In this document: piece by piece, positions 1 to 13,900 of the stretch | Numbering within the stretch: position 1 is the stretch's first letter | How the letters are laid out: the number at the start of each line of letters is the position of its first letter | Origin: Trichoplax adhaerens | Taxonomy: Eukaryota; Animalia; Placozoa | DNA length: 64,000 nucleotides | Direction of reading: 5' to 3' | Assembly: GCF_000150275.1 (NCBI RefSeq) | Contig: NW_002060979.1 | Location: 156,612-220,611, forward strand | Made by a program: the position numbers and the translations under genes | Notes under the pieces: generated by a model | Databases searched by the model: none | What the model was told of the DNA's origin: nothing | Seen by the model: the letters and a program-made list of their open reading frames with translations, nothing else

Positions 1-965
1 TGGTTTTCATCAATTAAAATTTTAGTTATCCCTTTTTTTACCATCGATCTGATTGAGAGTATCAACACGATAAGACAAATTGATTTTTACTCTTCAGGCA
101 ACGAGTCATCTGAATTGATCGAGCCACTTAATGAAATGAAATATTATTATTTTAAACTACGCTAACCGAGTATAAAATGATGCTATGCTATTATGAATAA
201 ATCAGTCCTTTCGTTAATCATTAGATCTCTTTATGAGTTATTAGAATAATAACGGAGTAATTTCTATTTCACTCATTTAATTATCAACATACGAAGACTA
301 AAAGGACTAAATATTAAAGCTAGTTGTAAACTGCTGTTTGTGTATTCACGTAGTAAACCATAATGCCAACAAAATGACTCCATGACACATATATGGCGCT
401 GTCGTTGATTGCTATTCGTAACAACACCGATTCTCTTATGATAAACTTAACACTGTTGGATATCTTGTGGGTCTATTTCATTCCGTTGACCACTGCTGCT
501 GTAAATAGCTTTAATCAACAAAAATATAACAGAAGATGACATTTCATGATCACCATTGGATCACTGCAGTGGATTTCTTTTGAAATCGTTTCCACTAGGC
601 TGCTTAAGAACGAATTTATATTTCATATTCGTTGTCTGCAATATAATGTAACAGTTCTAGAAATGGCAGCTTGATTGAGACTTGATCATACTTGATAAAA
701 TGACTAAAACAAGCTACCATCAGGGAAGAGTATACTGTATCGCTAAATATCAAAGCATCCATTCAAAATAGGCTTTTGATGGCAATTGCAGGCTTGTATT
801 GTCGTTGAAATTTTTTAATTTCATTTCTGTTGTGATTATTCTAATATAGTCAAGTTAATCCTAATTTGAGTCATCAATAAGGCAATAAAAGGATAAGGCA
901 GTAAAATCAACGCATAAATAACACTAACGAATCTTATTGATTCATTGCACAAGCTAGTACCATTT

Positions 966-1830
966 CAAAATAAGCATGTCTCTTCTACAATTCATGTAGA
1001 TGAGCCTAGACACGATATTGCCACTCTACTGTACATTAGAGTAAAATTAATAGGAATAGGATTATCCTTAGTATGACTTACTATCAATAAAATACATGCA
1101 AAATGTGTTCTTCTATCGATCCAGTTTACAATGAAAGATATTCAATCTCTCTACAGTAGGTTAATTAAAATTACCATCACTTAACATACCATGACAAATC
1201 AACATGGCCATGAATAGACTACGTAGGGGAAAATACCCAACATTGCATCGATATTACGAGCGAATGGACAGCCCTTCTATCCATCCAGTTTACAATGAAA
1301 GATATTCAATCTCTCTACAGAAGGTTAATTAAAATTACCATCACTTAACATACCATGACAAATCAAAATAAGCATGTCTCTTCTACAATTCATGTAGATG
1401 AGCCTAGACACGATATTGCTACTCTACTATACTATACATTAGAGTAACATTAATAGGAATAGGATTATCTGCGGCTAGACGTAAAAATTGTCTTCTTCTA
1501 TTGAAGTAACTTCCAAACTGTTTCGTATTAGGTCGATCGGATAAGAGGTTTTCAACTACTTCTAGCGATCTATTGCCCTCCGTTCCAAGTAGATTAGTAG
1601 AGTTCTTGTTTGAGTTAAAACAACTTAGTAGGACTTACTATTAATAAAATGCATGTAAAATGTGTTCTTCTATCGATCCAGTTTACAATGAAAGATATTC
1701 AATCTCTCTACAGTAGGTTAATTAAAATTTTCATTACTTAACATACCATGACAAATCAACATGGCCATGAATAGACTACGTGGGGGAAAATACCCAACAT
1801 TGCATCGATATTACGAGCGAATGGACAGCC
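966..1830. repeat. Mosaic local duplication (A-B-b-A-x-B arrangement)
   Basis: Segment A (caaaataagcatgtctc...ggattatc) occurs at ~966-1066 and ~1364-1469. Segment B (cttagtatgacttac...gaatggacagcc) occurs at ~1067-1273 and ~1624-1830, with a partial copy at ~1274-1367. Copies are near-identical by eye. Confidence 0.9.
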
Positions 1831-3070
1831 TGATTTGTGTACCATAGCTTGAAATGAAATATCTTGAACACATCAAAATCCTCATGGCTTCATTTCTCAT
1901 CATAAACGGACATAATCATATTACAGTTTACAAGTTGATACATGTTTTGTCCATTGAGGGAGAGTTTTTAACTCTTAGTAGCTTTATACTACTAGTAGAT
2001 CACAACCTCTAAAACTTGCACTAATCTAAATCAACAACATAATACTGAATGATCGACATGTAAAACATATCCTTCTATCCATCTACATAGCTTACAAACT
2101 GATTTCAATTTCATTGGTCGAATCAGAGCTTTTCAACTCTCTCTACAGTAGATCAAAATCCTCAATGATTTGACATGGAGCACTTAATCAACATAATCAT
2201 TTAAATCTATAAAGGCGAGTAGTTTCTAAGAAGTTGATTAACGTTTCACCGATTAATAAAAGGAAAGATTTTCAATCGGTTTACGGTAGATCAGATCTCT
2301 ATGACTTAGTATGTCTTGCAATGTAGCATCATGAAAAGATCATGTACATGTTCATTACACTCTTGTATCTATCACCCTATCAATCCGATTGCTGCAACAA
2401 TTTCAAGACAAGCTACAACTCTTGCATTTCGTTACCAACTAACTACAGATATTATTTACTTCCTTACTGTTGTTTCACAACAACTAACTTTATACGCTTT
2501 TGCAAATCAACAACATCATAAAAGGAATACAAGGAAATTCCATCCTGGTAACCCTATAACGCTATCAATCGGATTATTTTAACAACTTCATGGCAAGCTG
2601 TAAGTTTTCCTAATAACTAATAACAACACCTATCGTTTCATTTTGTTCCCACAGGACAGCACTGAATGTGTTAACAACTTCATAGCAAGTTTTTCCCCTT
2701 CACTACCAACAACACCTATCACTTAATATTGTTGCCGATAGTACCGTCGTGATGGTTTTGAACAACTTTAAGGCAAGATACAAGATTCACGATAGAATTA
2801 CAACTGGATCTAAATGGCTTAATTTTGTTGCCGAATAGTAACGATAGTCTAGAATATTACCTGCAGGAAATACTGATGCTCACTTCCGACGATGGGACGG
2901 TATTAGATACGGTGATACTAGTAGCCATCGTTGAATCACTTGAACGAAATCCACTTGCTTGCTTTCCCTACAAATTACTGCTGATCTTCTTGACCTTCTC
3001 GCCTTGACAAGGATAAGAGTCCAACAGATTGGGCTACTTCGAGGAAGACAAATTGCTGCTACTCCTCCTA

Positions 3071-3315
3071 CTGGCACAATTTCACACCAAGCGTTGTTCT
3101 GACTTGAGAGACTAATTACAACAGTCCAGTCGTAGATAGTCTGTAACTAGGGGGTAAGTAAATAAGACAAAATGAATTCTTTCGCCTCTTTTCTGGCACA
3201 ATTTCACACCTACCGTTGTTCCGACTTGAGAGACTAATTACAACAGTCCAGTCGTAGATAGTCTGTAACTAGGGGGGTAAGGAAGTAAGACAAAATGAAT
3301 TCTTTTGCCTCTTTT
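3071..3315. repeat. Direct tandem duplication, 2 x ~122 bp
   Basis: ctggcacaatttcacacc...gacttgagagactaattacaacagtccagtcgtagatagtctgtaactaggggg(g)taag...gacaaaatgaattct occurs twice in tandem. Confidence 0.9.
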
Positions 3316-4178
3316 CACACAATCTAGAAAGGCCTAGACAAAAATGACTACGACAGATTTGAAAGTATAGACGATAAGACGAGTTACCAATCCACTTGTC
3401 ACAGTAGCAAATTGGATTTCGATTTTTATATAGGATCTAGATGGAGGAGAAATGATCCAACTGGCTTAGTCTGCAGATCCACTGTAGGTAGCACTTTGAG
3501 TACGTTGATTGATATAGTATGACTACGTTGCTACGGTCTTAACCCGAAAATAACATCATGAATTTAGTTTGGAATTGAAAACAAGATTCAGATTGTCTAA
3601 TGCGAACATTTTGCTATACTATAGTCTGCCTTGATGATATCATCATGGATGATATACAGTCGTTAAAATTGGTGTTCTATCATTATTTTGAAACACCTAT
3701 TTTGAAATTTACAAGACTAATAAGAACAAACTCGAATTGATTATATCATCGTGTTATTTTCCGCTTAGGGCGGTAGCTATTTATGGAGTCATTGACGTAT
3801 TGCAAATCCCTTTTCGACCGGAAATACTACGCCATCAACTCATTAACTGCCTAATTTATTCAATTAGTACCAGGATAGATGATACAAAATTGTGCATAGA
3901 GGATTATTTTCACCAATTCAGGACTGATTATGGATTGATGGACACTTTTTAGGACATCGATCGCTGTAGACTACTGTACGAGAAGATCCAAATGACCGAC
4001 ATTTTATGGGCTCATGTCCAAATCCAGTCGATCGACCACTTGATCAACTTCATCACTTGCTATAGTATTAAACGAGCAGTAACATTTGATATAATAACAT
4101 AGCCATGGCGATCAAACCTCCTTCTCTTCTCTCTTTTACCTTCACAACTGCAATTTCATCGAGTGCTCATAAACATTC

Positions 4179-4972
4179 ATGATCATGAATGTTTACGATA
4201 TTGATAGAGAGGGAAAATCAACGCTATAGCAACGCTAAACGGCTTTCAATGGACTAAAATGCCAAAGAATAAAATGGACTCCTTCAATGTTGGCCTACGT
4301 CGAGTATTGAATCCTTGCTTGCCATATCTTGATGAGGATTTCAATTCAATTATTCACTCCAATACAGTTGCTAACCCTAACCTTAACATTAGCACAATTG
4401 GTAAAAACTGCTTCACAATTATTTCCAGTTCAATGCTAGCTAAAATGGAAAGTAATGAGCGAATGTAATATAATTAATTTATCTAGAACCGGTAAATCAT
4501 TAGCAGAAGATCCGGTCATGACGTTGGAGGACATCGGAAGGAGTTCTTATGGCGTCTATTTGCATTCGAAAGTAGTGCCAGGCCATTGCTTTCCACTATG
4601 CCAAAGGTTTATGAGCATACTTGCTTTCGTGGCAACACTGTACCCTTATTCGTCTATAATTTTACGATAGGGCATGTAGGATAGATCATTAGATGCGAAA
4701 ATATAGGCTATATAGGATCGCATGTGTTGTCGATTAACCAGTCAGGGAATCAGTAGACGGAAAGAAGGGAATGGTTCAATCGTTTGAGTTATTGATTCCT
4801 TAATGTCATGGTTCTAATGGCAAGCAAGGATAGATTACGGAATGGAATAAATTGCATATTCCTCTATGGTTATAGAGACAATAAATCATATTCCGACCAC
4901 GGCAACAATTTAGCAATATCAAGGGATGCGATTTCTGTCATACCCATTCGAAATAACCGTAATAATCCGTAA
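4179..4972 (+). pseudogene. Decayed Ras-superfamily small GTPase-like sequence (Arf/Rab-like motifs)
   Basis: Manual translation gives collinear motif remnants: G1-like VYDIDREGKSTL*QR* (4191-4238), switch-I-like STIGKN (~4391), G3-like DVGGH..LWR (4520), FRG....LFVYNFT (~4625), EWFNRL (~4769) and G4-like VMVLMASK (~4805). These are interrupted by stops and at least one frameshift. Confidence 0.45.
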
Positions 4973-7388
4973 CTTAGATTATTTGGTCATAAAATCCAAT
5001 TTAAAACAGGAATTTACCAGTAAAACATGGCAACCCATCATAAAATGCAATAAACATTTGCTGAAAGGACTCCAATTTTTGTGATCAAAATTTGATCAAA
5101 ATTTTTCCGGAACTTTCTAAACAGTAACAGCGATTGCATATATCTTATGTGCTCTTACTTTGACAGTATCCCTATTTTCATTGAATCTATAGTCTATCGA
5201 ACGCGAAATTGACGTTTGAGTATGTATTAATCATCAAATTTGTAGAAATCGTTGAGGTAATTTTACTTCACTTTAAGAATTTCAAGTGAGCATAACAAGA
5301 CTTTCGAGACATATGATTATTATGATACTCAATTCATTACTACGATAGGCTGCACAGAACGAACTGATTCAGTGCCAGTAAATAAATCGGCTCAATTTTT
5401 TTTAATTTAATTAAAAGCCTTCAGGACGCCCATTTATTGCTCAACTCCTTTACTCATAAAATATTATTTTTATGGCAAAACTTTAGCCGTTGGCGAGCAG
5501 TTATCCTACGAAAAGGATGATCTTGCAAACGCCTTGAAAGTGACAAATGTAAAATTCACAGGAGAATTTCTCTCAGATCGCTTTGATAGAATTAATGAAT
5601 GAGATCGAATCAATATAAACTAACTCATTTCTATCAATCTATTAATTCATTTTTATTCCAATAAAAATCTTCACAACATCCAATTCTTGCCCAACTACTT
5701 GATTCATGGAATACCATTTTCGTAACAAAATTTGATCTTATAAAAAGGATAATCATCAATATTGCGATACTCTACTAATCGAATGCCATTCTTCACGACA
5801 ATGTTTTAACGTAGAAATAACAAGCATAGACGAAGCCCATTTTAAATAGGCAAAAAAGATGAAGTTAAGTATAACTTAAATTCTTCAATATTGATAAATA
5901 ACTCTGCTATCGTCGTTCTCCCTATTTTTGCACTATTCCATCATTTGATTCTTACGGTAAGCGAAAATAGCAGAGATGTCCCAGTCAATAATTTTATTAA
6001 TATTCTGTATCAATCAAGATCTTGAATCAACTATGAAAGGCTTCATGCACTATATTCTGGGAGTAAAAAGTAGCTCATATGATAATTGTCTTAATCGAGA
6101 TACCGAGCAATAAAAGCTTTTTATTGCAGAGTTTAAGGATAGTAGAGCAATAATGAATTACAACTATAATCTTATCTAAAGTATTATAAGCTCAAAAGAA
6201 GTCAAATTTAGGCTTAAACACTTGGTTTTTTCTTCACACTTTTCAAATCTATTTCGTTCCACCAAATAAAGTTGTCTACAATCAGACTTGAGCCATAAAA
6301 CAGAAGACTTTCCTCAGATAGATCATCTATAGGTTTATACCGTACGAATCAATCTGTTTAAATGTCATTACTCTTTTACTGTATTAGTGTCCACATCGTA
6401 AGGTGCTAACCATCTTCCCAACGACAATATATACTGTAGTAAATCACATCAATTTTATTTCTAATGAAGCAATTTACAATCATAATTGTAGCGTCACGAT
6501 AATATCTCGTCGTAGAAATCAGACTGGATCAAACATTGCTATCAATATAATGAAATATAGAGTGCATCGCTACAATTTTATCCAAGTCTGTCACAACCGA
6601 GATGGCAACACAAAAATGAACGGCATTCTTTCCTCTAAAGTAGTCTAACTACCTACGCAACTAACTTTCAGTACTCTTTAATCTACCAAACTTAGATTCG
6701 AGTCTTAGAAGATAGAATACCCACGTTAAGAATTAAAACTTTATTCTAAAAGCTATTTATTAAAATGGCCGATTGAACTCACAACTTATAATCTACTACT
6801 AACAACTGATAACCATCTGTTATCGACTAACTTATCAACTACCTCAATTAAGAACTTTGAGGCTTTTATATAACCTCACAAACTTCATTGGTGCAAAACA
6901 ATAATGAATTTATAGCCAAGTCTGCATACTGAATATAGCTAGAATCACAGCATACTTTCTATGACATTTAATAGTAGTTAATTAATGGCTAGGTGCTACT
7001 TAACATATGATTCACTACTCAATAAAATTATAGCAGTGATGAGGTAATATTTAATTAATTATCACAAAGCCCTATTATTGCAATTAGCTTAGATTTTGAG
7101 GAATGGTTTAATCTCATAAAAGCCGATATATATTACTATTTAGGCAATTCTTTCGTTCATTTTTATAGCAATCAAAAATGAACAACTACTATGACTATAT
7201 GGCTATTCAGTCTAGTTTAGTCATTTCTGAACGATTATTTACTTTAAATCAATACAGGAACTAGGGCAATCATCAGAATGATCCAATTTTAAAAGAATAT
7301 GCATTAAAATTTTCTAGAGATAGTACAAATATCTGATATGCCTCTATTCGATATCTTCATAACCATTTATAATTGTGCAATACTGCCT

Positions 7389-7931
7389 TCAATTACCCAA
7401 TTTTCCTGAAACTGTGCTCTTCTTTACAATAGACCACATAAATTCTTGCTTTCTTGTTAACATCTAAAATACGAATATAAAAGAGGGATGAACATATTAC
7501 CTCGTCAATCATATACATTAGGAAGTAAATAATTCTATCATGGAATGAATACATTTGTAATTTTTTAGATTAGTTCTAAAGCTCTATATGATAGTTCTAC
7601 GTACAGCTTTCAACCAGTTAATACAGCAATAGTATAAAATATCCATGGGAAAGAAACGAGCAACATGATTACTTGATTACAAATTAATACGTTCTGAGTA
7701 ATTGTGAATAGTAACTCAATAGAGTTTGATTTTAAGAGATAAAATATACTCTACTATATATATATATAGTATACCGATTTCAACTAGTGAATGCTACATC
7801 GCAATAAATATAAAACGACAGGGCAACCTTATTATTTTATTTTAAATTGATGCGTACCGGTATTGAATAATTATAATCAGTAAGTAAATAGACGAGTTTG
7901 AATCAACTTCAAGGGATAAAATATACTCTAA

Positions 7932-7966
<35 letters not shown>

Positions 7967-10900
7967 GTGTATATACACTGATAGTTTGATATTATATATA
8001 TACCATAAATATATATATACGAACTTCATCGAGTGAATGCAGCAATAAATACGAAACAGGTAATCTTATTACTCCATTTTGAATTGATGTGTATTAAATA
8101 GATTATAAAACAGTATGTAAATAAAGAGTTTGATTCGATTTATAGCGCCATTTTAAATTGATGCATATTAAAGAATTATAAATAGTAAGTAAATAGAAAG
8201 TTCGATTCGATTTCATGGAATAAAATTTACTCTACCTTTTGCACTGTAACCGTGTTTTCAGTCAATTCCGATGGTGTTTTATTTAATTGTTCAAGAGCTG
8301 TGGAAATGACTTTCATTATAGCCAATACCTCCCTTGTGAAAGAATAAGTCATAAAATTATTAAAGTATTACTGTAATTGTCCTTTTTATGCCACCATAAT
8401 ACATTGGTTTCGGTGGTTTTGAACATGTTAAGATATATTCCGCCCATACCTTAGATAATTGATACACTTTTCATGGATAATTTTAATACGCTCATACCAA
8501 TTAGTCCAAGATTGAACAAATTCATCAATTCTCCTCTGATTTACGTCTAATAAATTGTTTCAAATTAAAAATGAGTTATTTGATCGCATCATTTTATGTG
8601 TTCAAATATCTGCAGTTTAGTATAATACATATTTTTCCTAAAAAGATATAAATAGATATCATATAAGGCATAGAAAATGATTCATTGCTATTCGTATATC
8701 TTAACAAGTAAAGTAAGCTTCATTCAATGTTTACTTTATTCATTAATAGAAATCAAAGACAACTATATCTAGAGTATAAAATTATTGATGATAAGCTATT
8801 TTTTTAATATAGTCAATTTCTATATTAATTTAATTTTGAATGGTAAAAAATTGTTACTTCATCACAAACCCGTTGGATAGCATTTTAAAAGGTCCTGATA
8901 ATTTATCGAAATTTTATTACTGCTAAAGAAGAGTAAATATTTTATTAGTGAAAATTGATCGGTATTGACTATAAATAGAGAATATGCTTTGATAGTTATA
9001 TTCAACTTTAAATGAACAGACTGGGTAATGAAATAATTTTCTAATTTAAATAAGAGGGAGAACCATGTTCTAGGATTGTTAAATTTATAGTGTGAGAATG
9101 TATGATAAAAGTTATTTGAAAAACGAAGAATCTAGCTTAGCAAAAGCTGTTTTTTGATGACGACGGCAAGTTTAGTAATATATCGAGTCCATTAGTCCGA
9201 CATTCATAACTTATATTAATTAGAATTCTAAAATATCGTCGTGATAAAAGGCTATCTTACTAGTGGTGAAGATTTGCAATCATGAGTGAAAGCTATATAA
9301 CAAATTCATTTTGTGATTGAAATCGGTCTATAAAAATACTAAATTATATGTTTCAATATAATTAAATAGATTCAATTTAATTCCGCTATCATCATGATTA
9401 GAAGTAGCAAAATGAAAATAATGGATCCCCTCATCAAGCAATCAATAGCTAATTGTGTCTACTATTAGCAATGCAACCATTTACACCAACAGAAATTTAT
9501 TGAGCACCGTAGCGTTTCATGATAATTTCGACTTGATTGCTATCAGTCAATTGCTTACCTATTAGTAAATTCCGTCATACTATTGCTAATGTTTTCTTCT
9601 AGATTTTTACTTTGAAAAATCTCAAATTCTTTTTGGATTACCACCATATTTTGTTCCTAAAAGTCGAATTGTAATTATACTTTTTTAAATTGATGTAAGT
9701 GATTCTAACATATCAGCGCTTGAAAATAACTCCATTATCTAAAGAGCAACATACATAATCAATTTTTTACCCTATATTTGAATTTTAAAGTAAGTAATAA
9801 GATGAAGCTTATTGATTATTTACCAGCTCCGACATCTCTTTCTCAAAAGCTTTCATTCGAGTACGTGTTGCAGTTAAAGTTTCCCATTCTTTTTTTTGTT
9901 CTATAACATGCATAATAATAATTTTAAATTATCACCATATTATGACATAGAAACTACAAATACAATTTGTATCGTTTGCTACTAATTAGGCCTATAAATA
10001 CATACCTTCATCTAAACATTCGATAACCCATTGGTGATCACAGCTAAATCTGATTCAAAATCAAAATTAAACTATAATTAAAATTTGTTACCATTTTCAT
10101 ATCAATATTTTCTATATTGTACAACATCCAAATATGCCATTTTTATGAAGCTGAATCAATTTAAATTTTCATCTCATTTAACAATTAGTAGTATTATATT
10201 ACATAAATCTGGAAATGGAATATCTGATGTGCAATACTTACAAAGTCTCATAACATTTATAGATCGCATTAAACTCGGTTATTTGAGATAGGATTCCTTT
10301 CATTCTTTGTTGCATATCTTGATATTTTTTTCTGACAGTTCTAAATTTAACATTCAGGTGATTTAGCTGCTCAATGCTGATTCCAATCGTATAAGGATCA
10401 TAAAAGATTAATCAACCTTGCTCTTGAAAGGCAACGCCAGTGATGAAAAAAAATCTGTTCTAATCACTTGCACTATAACGAAATAATGACTTACCTACAT
10501 AAGGAGCCAGTATTCTCTATCCCTAATTTACAGTAGCTTAGGATGTTGTCCATATAAAGAAATAACCGATTTATGCTTAACCTAAATGCATACTGAATTT
10601 TAATGGGAAGATTTTAGGATGCTGTGATAATTAAAGACTATGTAACCGGTCTATCAATCGGCAAATTTAAGTTAGATTACTAGTAAATGTTTATCAGCCA
10701 ACTTGATTAGCCGATATCATATGAAATAAGAAATGAGAAGTAAGCCAATAAATTAAAATACCAGATGATACTTGTCCTTTTCATTCATATTCTCCAACCT
10801 TCTGCGTTTGCAGAAGTTTTCTATATGGTAAATAAACAGATATGAGTCAGACTTTAAGACATTTTTCAATCTTTGACCGTAATTACGCATTTGGTCTAAA

Positions 10901-13900
10901 AAAACGTACTCAAAAATGCTAATTTGGCTCTGATATCCTGATCGTATGTTATGATGTTTTCTTCCTTGTTCATGGTTAGATCCATAGCTGTAATCCAACT
11001 GTTCTTGGTTCGCTAATCCAATCAATTTCGATCCATTGCAGCATAAATAAAAGTAATGATGTAAAATAGATTGATAGAATGCTATTTTACAGAAATTTAC
11101 TCATGACATATCAAGATGGCCGTATATTTTATCCAATTTAATAAACATAAGAAGATATTGCTTAAAATTATGAAGTTATCAGCAATCGTGCTGCTTCATG
11201 GCTTATTCAGCAATCGTTATTAAATTATTATACTATATTAGTTTATATATTATTAGCACAGAATCGTAATAAATATATATGACAAAGCCCTAAACGGAAT
11301 CAGAGTAAATACTTTATCTGCCTGAAATTTGATTGATTTAAGATGTAAGTATAGGCGTATTATTGTATAGTTCTATTACCATAAAATGCTTTAATATATC
11401 TTAGGGCTTAAGCTGGCATTTTCTAATTGTAAGTTTTTATAACTGGTTTTAGTGACATTAATAGATAGTATGTAATGATATACAAACAGAAAAGTTATTA
11501 TTACTGAGCAAATATCGAGCTGCTTTATCCATGGCTTTCTCGCGCACTTAGTATAGTACAATTTTAAATTTTTCCTTAAGATAGATTTGAAGAATATTAG
11601 CGCTTTCATGTTAGAAGCGAGTAAAAACAAAACGTATATTAAATGTAACTACTATGATAAATTATTTGATTTGATGGGCGGGATTTGTCCAGAAATGATA
11701 TACTATGTTAACTGAAGTAACAGTCGATGATCTAAATTTTCCTAAATAATGATAATTTATTTTTTGGAAGATATGGCTTGGATTCAAATAAAAAAGTGGA
11801 AAAATAAATTCATGGGCAAATTTCTGTTCTTAGTTAGCAAAAACAATGAAATATTGTCATATTTCTCTTTACTGGATCTTAATTATCCTACATCAATTAC
11901 ACTTACGTTATTCTTACCTTGGATCGAGCATCCATAACTGCGGTGTGAAGAACAAGTTTATAGTCGCTGATATCGCAGCTTAGACCAAAAGATTTCAAAC
12001 TTGTTCTTCTAATTTCGTCCAAACTATTCGAGAAAAATGATATTGATTAGCCTAACAGTTTATATCGAAGCATACTTGATTAAAATAGAGGATAATCTAC
12101 ATCAAAATGATTATATTGAATCAATAGCTTCTAAAAATTATACAATAGTTACTTTAATCGGCCTTCAGAATCATCTTCTACGCTATAAATTTCCAATGTA
12201 TTGGCTAAAACTATATGAATTAACTTAAAAATACAACCAAACATTGGTTACCTTTAGTATTGATCATCAATATTGGTGAGAATTCATGCTTACCCTTGTA
12301 TCTTTGAAAATTTCAAGCTCATTAAAATTGAAACATTGATAAGTGTTGGTAACTTCGTTGTAACCACCTCGACGTTTCGGATTGCCATCCAATAGCAGTT
12401 GTAGAAAATTTGTAATTTTTTGAATCGTTGGACTAGAATTTTGTTTCCGTAGGATACAGCAAATATCAATATTAATATCTTATTTCCTAAAACTCCTAGA
12501 TTAGGTTTCTATTTCGGCTATTTAATGTATCATTGCTTAATGTTAGAACTATTCTCAAAAATATTCAATCTTTAGCAATATAATCTTTCTTTATTATCCA
12601 TAGTGATACACTGGTACTTACGCGTATAAATTATTTTCAATGGGCAGTTCAGTAGAAAATTGAACTTTGCCTATGTTTTCAATAGTCAGTTATAAATACA
12701 AGCTGTAAATTAGTATAACCTATTTATCAATTTATACTTCTAATTTTTTATGATTATCATTGATTATACCATTTGAATCCAAAAAGGTTCGAATTGCTTC
12801 TACCGGCTTTTCCATAAAATAATCTATTTTTTCCATTTCTTGTAGAGAAACGTCTGAAAATGGAAGTGATTTAGTAACGCATTCGTAAATGACCACACCA
12901 AAGCTCCAAATATCAACGGATTTTGTATATTCTTGAATTCTTATTTGTACTTCTGGTGCCTAGAAACATGTCATTAAAGGTGAGTATTTTTATTTCGACC
13001 TATACAAACTTTAAATTGGAATGTTTATCTGCTCTCTGCCTATCGATATGACTATCTATCTACCTATCTACCTACCTACTAACAAAAATTGTAATACATA
13101 TCATTACACAAATGTATATGATGTATTAAATTTCTATTATCATTGCAACCAATATTATAATATGGCTGCTTAACTATATCTTATAATATAGAAAAGCAAC
13201 CTACTGCATAAAAGCTGATAAATATTGTAGATGTCTTATCATTCCATATATATTTATGCATACATACAGTATACTCACAGTACAGGTATTGAATTAAATT
13301 AGTAATGAAACATTCACTATTAATTAATATATTATCATGAAACATTTCTCTACCATATAAGGACTCGTTCCTGCGAAAGTTTTGGCAACAGTTCTAGGTT
13401 CTGCTCCGGTACAGAACTTGGAGATACCAAAATCACCTAGTTTATATGTATGCTATAAAATATTATTAATAATTTAGTATATCCTAATCTAATAACCTCG
13501 AAAACTGAATAAAACTTGAACGAAAGTTAAAACTGGTTTCTCTACGATGATTAACAATAAATTTGCTAAATATCAAGTGATGCAATAAAAAATGCCGGCT
13601 GACAAACCTCGCCGTTGTGGGACATTAATAAGATATTTTCTGGCTTAATATCTCGATGAATTATTCGTTTGCTATGAATACATGCAATTGCAGAACCTAA
13701 TGCAAATTATTGCAATTACGATGAAAAACAATATTAAACATCATTATTTATAAAGGACTGCAAGGGCTATCATTAAGCAATAGCAACCTAGCATAGAAGA
13801 TGTAAATGCAATAGTTACTTATATCATTGATAAACTTTTTGATGTTGACTTCGTCTAAGCCAAAACGAGTTGCAGCTAAATGCTATTTAGTTGCCGTATT

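Noticed and set aside
4514-4560. HECT-domain-like D.GG.RKEF motif
   Set aside because: No other HECT motifs follow. The collinear GTPase-like motifs explain the region better.
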